Notes: a model not told the origin generated them from the letters alone. 64,000 bases of DNA from Octopus bimaculoides (GCF_001194135.2 NC_068992.1:42222149-42286148); one strand, 5' to 3'; shown: positions 12,356 to 23,899, numbered from the stretch's first letter. Made by a program: numbers and translations.

Positions 12356-12970
12356 TAAATAGGACGTCTACTTAGAATTTATTTTGCTTTAGCTCACCGT
12401 TACACCCTCTTCATATGTACGAGAGTGAAGAAAATAACATGAGGGCGATTTGGGTACTACTTCTTGCGAATTGTAAGATTACATTGATACTCCATTGTTG
12501 ATTCACATCGTTTGCTGTTTCATTCCTAATAACTACGTACAAGAGGGAGAAGGTTGTATCGTTGTTGGCAATCGTAATGGAACCTAGGAATGGAGTAGCT
12601 GTGTCTGGAGGGTGGAGAGAAGCAGGACCGCATAATTACAAAGTCAGACCATCTGTCACGTTGTTTCATTAATATTAGATATACCTTATCTTATCTAACT
12701 TGAAATAAATTTAAATGGAACCAACAAGAAACGTTGTAACAAATGCATCTATTTACATTGCTGTTCACTGGAAATGAGATGGAGAATGACAAAACGGGAG
12801 ATATGCTTCTTCCCATTTGAATACGAGAGAGGGAGAGAAAGAAAGAGACAGACAGACAGACAGACACAAACAGACACGGAGAAAGAGAGAGAGAAAAAGA
12901 AATGGAAACGACATAACTGGAGACATGAATGTATATATTGTTTACATGTGTGTGTAAGTGTATGTGTGTG

Positions 12971-13021
<51 letters not shown>

Positions 13022-13622
13022 NNNNNNNNNNNNNNNNNNNNNNNNNNNNNNNNNNNNNNNNNNNNNNNNNNNNNNNNNNNNNNNNNNNNNNNNNNNNNNN
13101 NNNNNNNNNNNNNNNNNNNNNNNNNNNNNNNNNNNNNNNNNNNNNNNNNNNNNNNNNNNNNNNNNNNNNNNNNNNNNNNNNNNNNNNNNNNNNNNNNNNN
13201 NNNNNNNNNNNNNNNNNNNNNNNNNNNNNNNNNNNNNNNNNNNNNNNNNNNNNNNNNNNNNNNNNNNNNNNNNNNNNNNNNNNNNNNNNNNNNNNNNNNN
13301 NNNNNNNNNNNNNNNNNNNNNNNNNNNNNNNNNNNNNNNNNNNNNNNNNNNNNNNNNNNNNNNNNNNNNNNNNNNNNNNNNNNNNNNNNNNNNNNNNNNN
13401 NNNNNNNNNNNNNNNNNNNNNNNNNNNNNNNNNNNNNNNNNNNNNNNNNNNNNNNNNNNNNNNNNNNNNNNNNNNNNNNNNNNNNNNNNNNNNNNNNNNN
13501 NNNNNNNNNNNNNNNNNNNNNNNNNNNNNNNNNNNNNNNNNNNNNNNNNNNNNNNNNNNNNNNNNNNNNNNNNNNNNNNNNNNNATATATATATATATAT
13601 ATACATACATAAAGATATACAT

Positions 13623-13664
<42 letters not shown>

Positions 13665-13754
13665 TTATATAACGGGCTTCTTTCAGTTTCCACCCACCAC
13701 ATCCACACGTAGGGCTCCGATCGGCTGGAGGCTATATTAGGGGATGTTTCTAGG

Positions 13755-13920
13755 TGAATTCGTCTACAGCAATTTATGTGTGTGTTGTGTTGTGTTGTGT
13801 GTTTGGTTGTATGTGATTTGCTTGTGTGGTTGTAGATGAATTTTATCCATAGATAAATTGCTGTAGATAAATTGTTCTAGATGAATTGTTGTACATGAGT
13901 TGTTATAGACAAAATTCGCG
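13755..13920. repeat. (GTGTT)n plus ~15-bp-period TAGATGAATTG repeats with one inverted copy
   Basis: gaattcgtctacagcaattt at ~13757-13776 is antisense to aaattgctgtagataaatt; six degenerate direct units lie at 13832-13917. Confidence 0.7.
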
Positions 13921-13934
13921 GGACACAGTGGAAG

Positions 13935-14015
13935 ACGGTTGCCCAAATTGCCACGTAATGGGACGGAACCTGAATCCATGTAATTGGGAAGCAAGGTTCT
14001 TGCCCTACAACCTAC
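13935..14015 (-). mobile_element. Decayed SINE A head
   Basis: ttgcccaaattgccacgtaatgggacggaacctgaatccatgtaattgggaagcaag. Confidence 0.65.
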
Positions 14016-14174
14016 AAGCACTTACAAAGCTGTTCCTCGCAAAAAAAGTGCTGTTCCTTGCAAAAGTTAAAATTTCTTTTGCCCTTTAATCTTACATTGA
14101 TTGTATCTATGCATAATTTTACATATACATGCATGCGCACATCTATCTATCTATCCATCTATCTATCTATCTAA

Positions 14175-14209
<35 letters not shown>

Positions 14210-14210
14210 C

Positions 14211-14282
<72 letters not shown>

Positions 14283-14287
<5 letters not shown>

Positions 14288-14992
14288 GGATATGTACTTG
14301 CATAGCAAGTGACCTCATCTGAGATCGTGTGCTGGAACGAAAACAGTTGCAGCGTGGAAGGTGTTTGTAAGCCATCTAAAGACAGACAAAAACCGTTAGA
14401 TTCACTTCAACATTTAAATTTAATTTGCCAAAATATTTTCGTCGCTTTGAGACCGCGACCTGTTCACTGACAAAATTCCGTGCTACATCTGAGAAAGTAA
14501 CATATATATATATATTTATATACACACTCACACATGTATATATATATATATATATAATACAAATAATAAATGCGTATATGCATATATACGTACATGTATG
14601 TACATACCTACATCTACATGTATATATAGATGCATATATGGGTACAGGACGTTGCAAAAGAACGTGGAAAAAATGATAAACAGATTACAGAAAACTAACA
14701 GGCCACATAGAAAACACACAGGCCACATAGAAAGCATTTCCTTTATCAGCTGCCACTATTCTAAAACTAAGCGTTTCGAAGAGTTAGGGCAGGACGCATC
14801 GTTAGAATGGCTCTTCCCACACACCACAAATTAAATTTGTACCATTGAGGAATGTAGTGGCGGACAGAAAACAATACAGGAAAACGAAACAGTGAAAATA
14901 AACAAAAAAGGCCAAACGGCCAGACGTGGAAAAGTATGTGTATACTAAACGCTTTGAAGCAACGAACTGGAAAGAAGCGGAACGAAGAATGT
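14283..14992 (-). mobile_element. Putative Penelope-like terminal-repeat remnant, family H3 (split by a microsatellite)
   Basis: Non-simple sequence carrying a hammerhead motif at 14424-14474. Inclusion of 14640-14992 is inferred from adjacency only. Confidence 0.45.
14424..14474 (-). ncRNA. Minimal type I hammerhead ribozyme motif with G3-C8 compensatory core (H3)
   Basis: 5'-TTTGTCA GTGAACA G GTCGC(ggtctcaaa)GCGAC GAA AATATT T TGGCAAA-3'. It has a 7-bp stem I, a 5-bp stem II and a palindromic stem III. Confidence 0.7.
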
Positions 14993-15873
14993 NNNNNNNN
15001 NNNNNNNNNNNNNNNNNNNNNNNNNNNNNNNNNNNNNNNNNNNNNNNNNNNNNNNNNNNNNNNNNNNNNNNNNNNNNNNNNNNNNNNNNNNNNNNNNNNN
15101 NNNNNNNNNNNNNNNNNNNNNNNNNNNNNNNNNNNNNNNNNNNNNNNNNNNNNNNNNNNNNNNNNNNNNNNNNNNNNNNNNNNNNNNNNNNNNNNNNNNN
15201 NNNNNNNNNNNNNNNNNNNNNNNNNNNNNNNNNNNNNNNNNNNNNNNNNNNNNNNNNNNNNNNNNNNNNNNNNNNNNNNNNNNNNNNNNNNNNNNNNNNN
15301 NNNNNNNNNNNNNNNNNNNNNNNNNNNNNNNNNNNNNNNNNNNNNNNNNNNNNNNNNNNNNNNNNNNNNNNNNNNNNNNNNNNNNNNNNNNNNNNNNNNN
15401 NNNNNNNNNNNNNNNNNNNNNNNNNNNNNNNNNNNNNNNNNNNNNNNNNNNNNNNNNNNNNNNNNNNNNNNNNNNNNNNNNNNNNNNNNNNNNNNNNNNN
15501 NNNNNNNNNNNNNNNNNNNNNNNNNNNNNNNNNNNNNNNNNNNNNNNNNNNNNATATATATATATATATATATATACGAGCATGACAGACAGGCACGTAT
15601 GCATACACATATTTAATGGAAACATTTATTGAGACCCTAGAATGTTGTAAATCTCCATGGCTATCTTTTCAATTTACGCTTTCATTATTCGCAACATCAT
15701 CATCATCATCACCATCATTCTGATCACAACACAATACGAATATATTTGCCGATATGATATACATGCATTTATTCGCAAACCATGATGCAGTTTGTCTTGT
15801 TGAGCAAAAGAAAGCATTTTCTGTTGGTCTCAGAGCTTCGCTCTCATATTTACATACGTACATACATACATAT

Positions 15874-15929
<56 letters not shown>

Positions 15930-16035
15930 AATACATATATGTGTGTATGTGTGTGTATATATATGCGTATGCATATACATATATATATGAATCTCTGTGT
16001 GCGTATGTGTGTGCGTGCGCGCGCGTGCGTGTGTG

Positions 16036-16072
<37 letters not shown>

Positions 16073-16971
16073 AATAATTTTTAAGTGGACACGTTGACAT
16101 TTTGGTAAGATAGTGCAGAAATGCGATATAGAGATATAGAAAGAACTGTCGTATAATTGACGGAAAGAAAGAAAGACAGAAAGACAGAAATGAAGGAAGA
16201 AAGAAAGAAAGGAAGAAAGGCAGAGATATGGAGAGAGGGAAAGTGGTAGAAATGTGCTGAATAGCATTTACAATATTTTATGGAATCTTGATAATTGATG
16301 TTAAAGAAGAAGTATTTATCCGTGTTCTATATTGTACAATAATATTGTATATACAGTAATATCAACAAAGAGGATATTGGTGTTCAAATGTCTGTAGACA
16401 TGACAAGCAAATCAACATGTCTAATGTCTAACATATTCTTATATGGAACTGTCATAATATTATCGCATCAAATAGCAGTGTTGTTGTTGTCTCTCCTTGC
16501 CATTTCTTTAATCTTCATTCATGTTTGCTTTATCCGTTTCAATACCTCTATGTTTAATGTATGAGAAGTAAATACAAATTTTGTCACGGACTGCCAGCCT
16601 ACAATGATTTACCTGCAATTAACTTCGTTTTATCTTGAGTTGATAAACGTGAAAAGAAAAAGAAAAGAAAAAAAAAACAAAACGTTTAAAAACATTCAGT
16701 TGCGTTGCACTTAAGAACTCTTCATTACATTTAGCTACCACGCGACTTTGTGGAATAATCATGAAGTAGATTTATTTGTTATTGATGTTGGTAAACCTCA
16801 GATAAGCTCCAGATCAACCGACTTAACATCAAAAATTCACAGAATATCGTCTTATCGTAATTTTCCAGAGTGTTACACATTAAGGACTACATTGTCAACT
16901 TTCAAGTCGCTACTGTGTAACTTTAGTGAGAGTTAGCTGCTACTTTCAGCTAGTTGAGTGAGGCTAAAGAG

Positions 16972-17226
16972 CAGTGGTTCTAAACCGGGCTCCATATAGC
17001 CCCCTTGTGGGGTCCATATAAGATTTTATTGTTAAAGTTTATGAACAATACGTTGTTTATATTTCTACAATACGCCAAATATTTTAAGATAGTCTTTTAA
17101 TCAATTCTTGATAATACTTAATACAAATATGATTTTTTTTAAAACATTGAATGGTTGTGAGAATCCAGCCAAATAAAATAGGAATGGAAGCGTCCATAGG
17201 CAAAAATTGGTTGACATGCACCACTG
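16972..17226. mobile_element. hAT-like (Charlie/Tip100-type) MITE, decayed
   Basis: Ends CAGTGGTTCTAAACC ... GGTTGACATGCACCACTG; an 8-bp TSD is not preserved. Confidence 0.55.
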
Positions 17227-17289
17227 TAGAAGATCACTTTGGGCTATTCAAAGTCACAGACTTTCCATGAATGTCTCTAATATATTCTT

Positions 17290-17432
17290 TTCTACTCTAA
17301 GTACAAGGCCCGAAATTTTGGGGGAGGAGGCCAGACGATTAGGTCGACACCAGTACTCAACTGGTACTTAATTTATCGACTCCGAAAGGATGAAAGTCAA
17401 AGTCAACCTCGGCGGAATTTGAACTTAGAATT
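17290..17432 (-). mobile_element. SINE family C, 5'-truncated
   Basis: tttctactctaagtacaaggcccgaaattttgggggagg...ggtacttaatttatcgactccgaaaggatgaaag...cggcggaatttgaac. Confidence 0.88.
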
Positions 17433-17659
17433 CAAACGTTAACAGGGAAGAATATTACCAATATCTAGAGGCCTGCGAAACCCATAGACACAGCATCTTC
17501 ATGCAGTCGAAGAAAATATTTAAAAAAATAAATTTCTAAACAACAAAACACCGAAGACTGATCTATAACATAGCTTCACATGTCAAATATTTCACCAGGT
17601 CAAATATTTAGATTGAGACATATAATAGGTTTATTACAACTAGCACTTTATTATTAATT

Positions 17660-18015
17660 AATTTAGTGACACCAGAAGTATGGAAAGATATACATCGCTA
17701 TGATGGGATCCGAACTCAAAACGCAAAGACATCACAAAACACGACAGCGAATATTTTTTTCATTGCTCCACATAATTATCCATCCAACAAACTAATAACC
17801 ATCCGTATCGATTATTCAATGTAGACAAAAGATCAAAAATGACACAGACGATGATATCGACTACAATACTAGACTAGTACTTTATTTCATCGATCATGGA
17901 AATTTGAAAGGAGAATTTGACCTCAGCAGGATTTGAATTCAGAAGTCAAAAGGCAGTAAGTGAACAACACAAAGCATTTTGTCCGATGCGTCAATGATCT
18001 TGCCAGTCCACTCAC
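17660..18015 (-). mobile_element. Two decayed SINE family C copies (17660-17770, 17850-18015)
   Basis: gtacttttatttcatcgatcatggaaatttgaaagg...gacctcagcaggatttgaattcagaa; the earlier copy is weaker. Confidence 0.6.
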
Positions 18016-18464
18016 CAGACACCATAATTTTTAGTATAACATTAAATGATAACGAGCTTCGCAAACTCAGTTATTGATATAACATCAATGGTTGACGAAC
18101 TGTAAGTACCAATAGAACAACAATCTAATAAATTTACTTTCATATATGTGTGCCTGAATGCATGTGGAATGTGTGTCTGTGTGTGTGAGTTAGTGAGTGT
18201 ATATGTGTGTATACCTACGTAGGAAACACACAAATATGGCAGGCTTAACTATTTCTTCGGAGGCCGCAGAGACAACAAACAGCCTTACTTGATTGTCAAC
18301 ACTTGATGAGGTCTCATCTGCGTTACCTACGACATTTGACCAATCCCAGAGAAATAAGTATCTAATCTACAAACCCAGTAGCTTTACGTATACATATCTA
18401 TCTATCTATCTATCTGTCTGTCTGTCTGTCTATCTGTCTGTCTGTCTATCTATATATCTATTTA

Positions 18465-18531
<67 letters not shown>

Positions 18532-18650
18532 CTCCTGGGGCTAAAAGCAACAGTAACATCCACCCCTAGGGGTCAGCCACACTTAAGTGGCAATATACTA
18601 CACTTTATCGTGCAGTTACTGTTAATACTTCATTTAGAGAATTAACATTG

Positions 18651-18721
<71 letters not shown>

Positions 18722-18759
18722 CTATATATATATATATGTATATATATATGTATGTATAT

Positions 18760-18935
18760 TCTTTTATTCTTTCACATGTTTCAGTCATTTGAGTGCGGCC
18801 ATGCTGGAGCACCGCTTTTAGTCAAGCAAGTCGATCTCAGGACTTATTCTTTGTAAGCTCAGTACTTATTCTATCGGACGTAAACACCCAGCATCAGTTG
18901 TCAGGCGATGGTGGTAGGGACAAACACATATGCAG

Positions 18936-19004
<69 letters not shown>

Positions 19005-19100
19005 AAGATATACAGGCTTCTTGCCCAAGGCGTCACGCAGTGGGACTGAAACAAGAACAATGCGGTTGGTAAGCAGGTTACTTACCACACAGCCACTCCT
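18760..19100 (-). mobile_element. SINE family A (internal deletion)
   Basis: tttcagtcatttgagtgcggccatgctggagcaccgc...cttaccacacagccactcct. Confidence 0.9.
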
Positions 19101-19117
19101 CAATGATCTATTTTAAT

Positions 19118-19381
19118 TTCTTTTACATGTTTAGTCCTTTTATTGCGGACATGTTGGAGCATCGCCTAAAAGGGTCTTAGTCGAGGAAATTGGCCCCAAA
19201 AATTTTGTCAGCCTACTATTTATTCTATCAGTCTCTTATGCCGAATCACTAAGTTACAGGGGCATAAACACACCAGCATCGATCATCAAACGATGGTGGG
19301 GTACAAACACAGACACACACGCATAAATACATACATTTTCGACTACCAAACTTAGTTTCCGTCTACCAAATTCACTCACAT
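19118..19381 (-). mobile_element. SINE family A, headless
   Basis: ttttacatgtttagtcc...ctaagttacaggggcataaacacaccagcatcg...tttccgtctaccaaattcactcaca. Confidence 0.8.
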
Positions 19382-19741
19382 GTATGTGTGTATGTATGTA
19401 TGTATGTATGTATGTAAGTATGTATGTATGTATGTATGCATGCCTGTTTGTATGCATGTTTGTATCTATGTATTTATACAAATGCGTATAAACGTGAACT
19501 CGCATGTGTATATATGTATGTAGATGTATATGTGTATTTATACACACAAACAAACACACACATACTGACACCCGTACAAATACTCTTACACAGAAAAGAA
19601 CCAGCTTTGTTTGTGGTCACCTATCACTGCCTGCTACGCTTATGTGAGGAGCTAGGAGCCGTGACGAACACCAGGAAAGTCATGCAATTCACCAGATTCT
19701 CTAAAGGGTCGTGTGGTGGTGCTAAACGTGGCACTGGCACC

Positions 19742-20020
19742 GACACTCCGTCGGTTACAACAACGAGGGTTTCATTGATCCGATCAACGAAACAGCCTGC
19801 TCGGAAAATTTACGTGCGACCGGCTGAGTACTCCCCAGACACGTGTACTCTTAACATTGTTCTCAGTGTGATTCAACATGACACTGAGTGTGACAAGGCT
19901 GGCTCCTTGAAATACAGGTATACTCATTGTTGCAACGTGAAATAAACTTTTTGCCCAAGGACACAATACGTCGCTGTAAATCAAACTGATGACCTTGCGA
20001 TCGTGAGCTACGAGCCTTCA
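19742..20020 (-). mobile_element. SINE with family B-type head/centre and family D 3' half
   Basis: acactccgtcggttac...tgtgacaaggctggc (D tail) joined to gcaacgtgaaataaac...ttgcccaaggacacaa (B centre). Confidence 0.8.
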
Positions 20021-20285
20021 CAGTGTCAAACCAGAGGAGAAATGAAGTCTACAATTTAAGAACGAGATCAATTTGTCGGATTTCGCATTTTTTCTATCAA
20101 TAAATCCCACTTACAAGTATTTCTGCCGAGGATATAATTCAAATTGAATGCCCAGAACCTCTTGTAGTGCGATGAAATTCAGACTAAGAGTTTGCAAAGT
20201 AACCTTTTGGTCAGTGCTGTCATGCGTTAACGTTGTCTTTCTTCGGTCTGTCTTAACATCCCAAAAGAATCAAAGTGCATTCATC

Positions 20286-21057
20286 GGGGCTAATGCAGTT
20301 TCGCAGCTCTCCTTGCGAATTGCACTTTTTGAAAAAAAATTCGGATTCCTTCGTTTCAGGTGTTGGAGATTACGAATATGCAAAAGATTTTTTTTTAATT
20401 TCACCCCTCCTCCCACCACCTTCCCAATTAAAATTTTTGATTTTGCTTACTTCAAAGAGATCGTAGCAAATTGACGAGCATATGCAAATCAAAATTGAAT
20501 ACGGACAAAAACGTTAAAATGAAATGAATTTGCGTTTAACATGTTTGCCTTAAATAATCGTAAATAGTAATTTAATGTAAATTAAATATACACCATTTTA
20601 TCAGAAACAAACATTAATATTTAATAATTGATGTTATAAAGTTTAATAAGGGACTCAAATTTCACCCCCTCCCCCAATTTTAAATTTTGAACTTTTGCAT
20701 CCATTCATTTGTCTGTATATCTATTTATCCCTGTCCGTTTATTCATAAAATATATTTGTCAACTAAATGTGGCGGTCCTATAGAAGAAGACAGTGTTACT
20801 GTTGTTTTTAACCACAGGACAACATCTGTCTATCTTCTTATACACATATCTATATGCTTATTGAATTTAAAATTTTGAAAACGTGGTTTCTTGCATTTCG
20901 GAATCTCCGTCATCTAAAACAGGGTAACAAATTTTGAAAAATGTATAAACTTTTAATTGCATATTCGTAATCTCCGACACCTAAAGCGTAAGAATTCGAA
21001 AAATGTTTTTTAAAAACATGCATTTTTCAAGGAGACGTGCGAAACTGCATTAGCCCC
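20286..21057. mobile_element. Non-autonomous DNA transposon with ~105-bp imperfect TIRs and 8-bp TSD (Merlin- or MULE-like)
   Basis: GGGGCTAATGCAGTTTCGCA...TGCGAAACTGCATTAGCCCC; TSD cattcatc at 20278-20285 and 21058-21065. Confidence 0.9.
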
Positions 21058-21114
21058 CATTCATCTTTGCCGGGTTAAGTGCACAAGAATAAGTGTTATT
21101 TAAATGAATATAGC

Positions 21115-21268
21115 CTCAAGCATAGCAATGTTTCAAGAAGTTTGCTTCCTAGCTACATAGTTCCGGGTTCTGTCCCACTGCGTGGCACTTTTGACAGCTG
21201 GCTTCTAGTATAGCCTCGGGCTAGCCAAAGCAAGGCGGGTCAATTTTGTATAAGAATAAAGAGGCCCT

Positions 21269-21305
<37 letters not shown>

Positions 21306-21322
21306 CGTGCGTGTGTGTGTGC

Positions 21323-21354
<32 letters not shown>

Positions 21355-21852
21355 CTGTGTGCATGTATGTATACACATTCAGCAATATAATTACACTTGT
21401 GCTATAAGTGGTTTCTTTTCGTCCTTTGCCCATTGGCCTTATCTCCTTTACGACCAAGAGCTATGCTCGAAACGGAAAATTCTCTCTTTTCACCGAGCGT
21501 CAAGTTAATACACTTTTTATGCAAGTCTTCTTGTTATCCGTTAATTTTACTTGTTTATTTGAATTGACCGTATATACATACATACATACATACACACACA
21601 CATATATATAAATATGTGTGTGTGTGTGTGTGTGTGTGTTTGTGTGTGTGTATGTGTGTGTGCGTGTGTATTTCTATGTGCGTTTTTTGTGCATATATTT
21701 GTTACCGCTTGACAGCAGTTCAGCGGAAGGGAACGATAGAACAAGTACTGGGATTTAAAAGTTCCCTGGGTCAATTGGCTTGAGCAAAACCGTTCAAGGT
21801 GGGGCCCTCGCAGGGTTGCAATCAAAGAACTGAAACAAGTAAAGATCAAAGA
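21115..21852 (+). mobile_element. SINE family A head (21115-21240) and decayed 3' part (21700-21852)
   Basis: gcttcctagctacatagttccgggttctgtcccactgcgtggcac; later gaactgaaacaagtaaagatcaaaga. Confidence 0.65.
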
Positions 21853-21873
21853 TACAACATAGCAACGCAAAAC

Positions 21874-22254
21874 TAACAAAAGCACTCCAAGAGCGCAAAC
21901 CTCCGCCAAGGCAACACTAACGTGTTCTCAACGATTGGCTAGAGATGATTTTTAAAATGAGAATATCTGAAATAAATTCGACTGTTTTCACGAACGGGAT
22001 TACTAAAAATGAACCCGACCGCTCTCAAGAATTAAGCAAAAAAAAAACCCAGTAAAAATAACCCAGAATCCTTGTCCGGTATCAGATCAATCCCCGAATC
22101 TAATCAGTTCGTGCCAGTCACGAGGCCAAACATGCATGCAAGATTCATCCAAATCCAACCAGCGGTTCTTGAGATATCTTGACCACGAACTAGCAAAAAA
22201 AAAACAAACAGAACTGGAAAAAATACCTCCACCTTAGCGAAGGCGGAGGTAATA
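21874..22254 (+). mobile_element. Putative non-autonomous Helentron/HINE-like element
   Basis: 5' subterminal acctccgccaagg is inverted relative to 3' aaggcggaggt; 3' stem-loop ACCTCCACCTT-agcg-AAGGCGGAGGT at 22225-22250. Confidence 0.5.
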
Positions 22255-22809
22255 AGCGATTGAGTTCCTAAAGCAGAAGTTAATAAAATAGAAGATTTAT
22301 AAATGAATATTATGCTAATCTCAACTGGACTCTCAACCGTTGTTTGGTTACTATATTAAGTGGACACCAAACGCATGGAGTCCTATTGGTTTATTGCATC
22401 AAAGGTTATATATCTCCTTGAAATAAAGAGCTATTTACTTAAATACCCACCCATTTCTTCTGTAAGAGAGATATTTTTACTCAGTGTAATTTAGAAGTAT
22501 CTTTAATCATTTTGATTGGTGATTTAAACCATTCTTACGAGCTTGGATTAGGCAAGAAGTTAAAGCGCTATCGAGATTTATTAAGTGGAACGAGAAAAAT
22601 ATTAAATAAAAAGGAAAGAAAGACAAAAGAATAAAAAAGAAATATAAATTCTGAAATTATAACAACGTATTTAAGTTACCATAATCTTATACATGTTGTT
22701 GCTGTCGTCGTCGTCATTCCAGTTGTGTTTGTTTTTTTGCTAGTCCGTGGTCAAGATATCTCAAGATATCGTCGTCTTCCCCTCTAACATCATCAACATC
22801 ACGATTATT

Positions 22810-23232
22810 AAGGCGGCGATCTGACAGAATCGTTAGCGCGCCGGGCGAAATGCTTAGCGGTATTTCGCCCGTCACTACGTTCTGAGTTCAAATTCCGCCG
22901 AGGTCGACTTTGCCTTTCATCCTTTCGGGGTCGATTAAATAAGTACCAGTTACGCACTGTGGTCGATATAATCGACTTAATCCGTTTGTCTGTCCGTATT
23001 TGTCCCCTCTGTGTGTAGACCCTTGTGGGTAGTTAAGAAATAGGTATTTCGTCTGCCGCTACATTCTGAGTTCAATTCCGCCGAGGTCGACTTGTTTTTC
23101 ATCCATTCAGGGTCGATAAATTAAGTAGCAATGAAACACCGTGGTCGACTTGTTTTTCATCCATTCAGGGTCGATAAATTAAGTAGCAATGAAACACCGT
23201 GGTCGATGTAATTGACTAGTCTCCTGCCCTCA
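22810..23232 (+). mobile_element. SINE family C, dimeric form
   Basis: Head and core, linker ttaatccgtttgtctgtcc...gtgggtagttaagaaata, then a second core containing an exact 58-bp tandem duplication. Confidence 0.92.
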
Positions 23233-23251
23233 ATAGAAAGGATTATTATTA

Positions 23252-23893
23252 TTGTCACATGTAGGATGTATCGGTCTATCGGACGAGTCGACAGTGATGA
23301 TTGCCCGGTTGACCTGCCTTAATATGGCAAGCAAGGCAGTTTTCCTTTGCCTGGTGGCTGTACCGAAAGAGATTGTCTGAGGGACGCAGCTGAAAGGCAT
23401 GAAGACAGATTCATTCCTCTTTGGTATAGGTCTCATTGACTTCTTCAAGTTTCACTTGAAAAGGAAATTGGCAGTGGAGGGGGAAGTGCTGTCCCCGAGT
23501 GAGTTTATTGAAAGGTGAGTGAAAGTTGTGAAAATGGCAGGGGTGGATGGTATCATTCTATGTGTAGACCTGTGAGTCGGAGAAAGGGAACTGGAGAGGT
23601 CACTTGCTCTTGATGTTCTAGGAGATCTGGGTCAGAGGGTTTCCTCGATTATCCTTAGAGGTCATCATGTATGAGGAGGACTACATCCCTCTCACCCCGC
23701 TTTTTAAAACCAATTTCATACTATGCATAATTCGCCTTCCTTTACAATGTATATGTATACCATGTATACTTACTCCATTTTTTTTTTATTAATTTTTTAA
23801 AATTTTATCATTTCATTATATGTAAACCACCGCACTTTGTTTTGTATTGTCCCCCCTCATCCTGCGCCCTGGTGGCAAATAAATGAAATTACT
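23252..23893 (+). mobile_element. 3' end of a Tx1/L1-like LINE (ORF2 C-terminus plus 3' UTR)
   Basis: LSHVGCIGLS...KAVFLCLVAVPKEIV*...FFKFHLKRKLAVE...ER*VKVVKMA; ends ccctggtggcaaataaa, like the 3' end at 39605-39625 (-). Confidence 0.65.
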
Positions 23894-23899
23894 CTTAAT

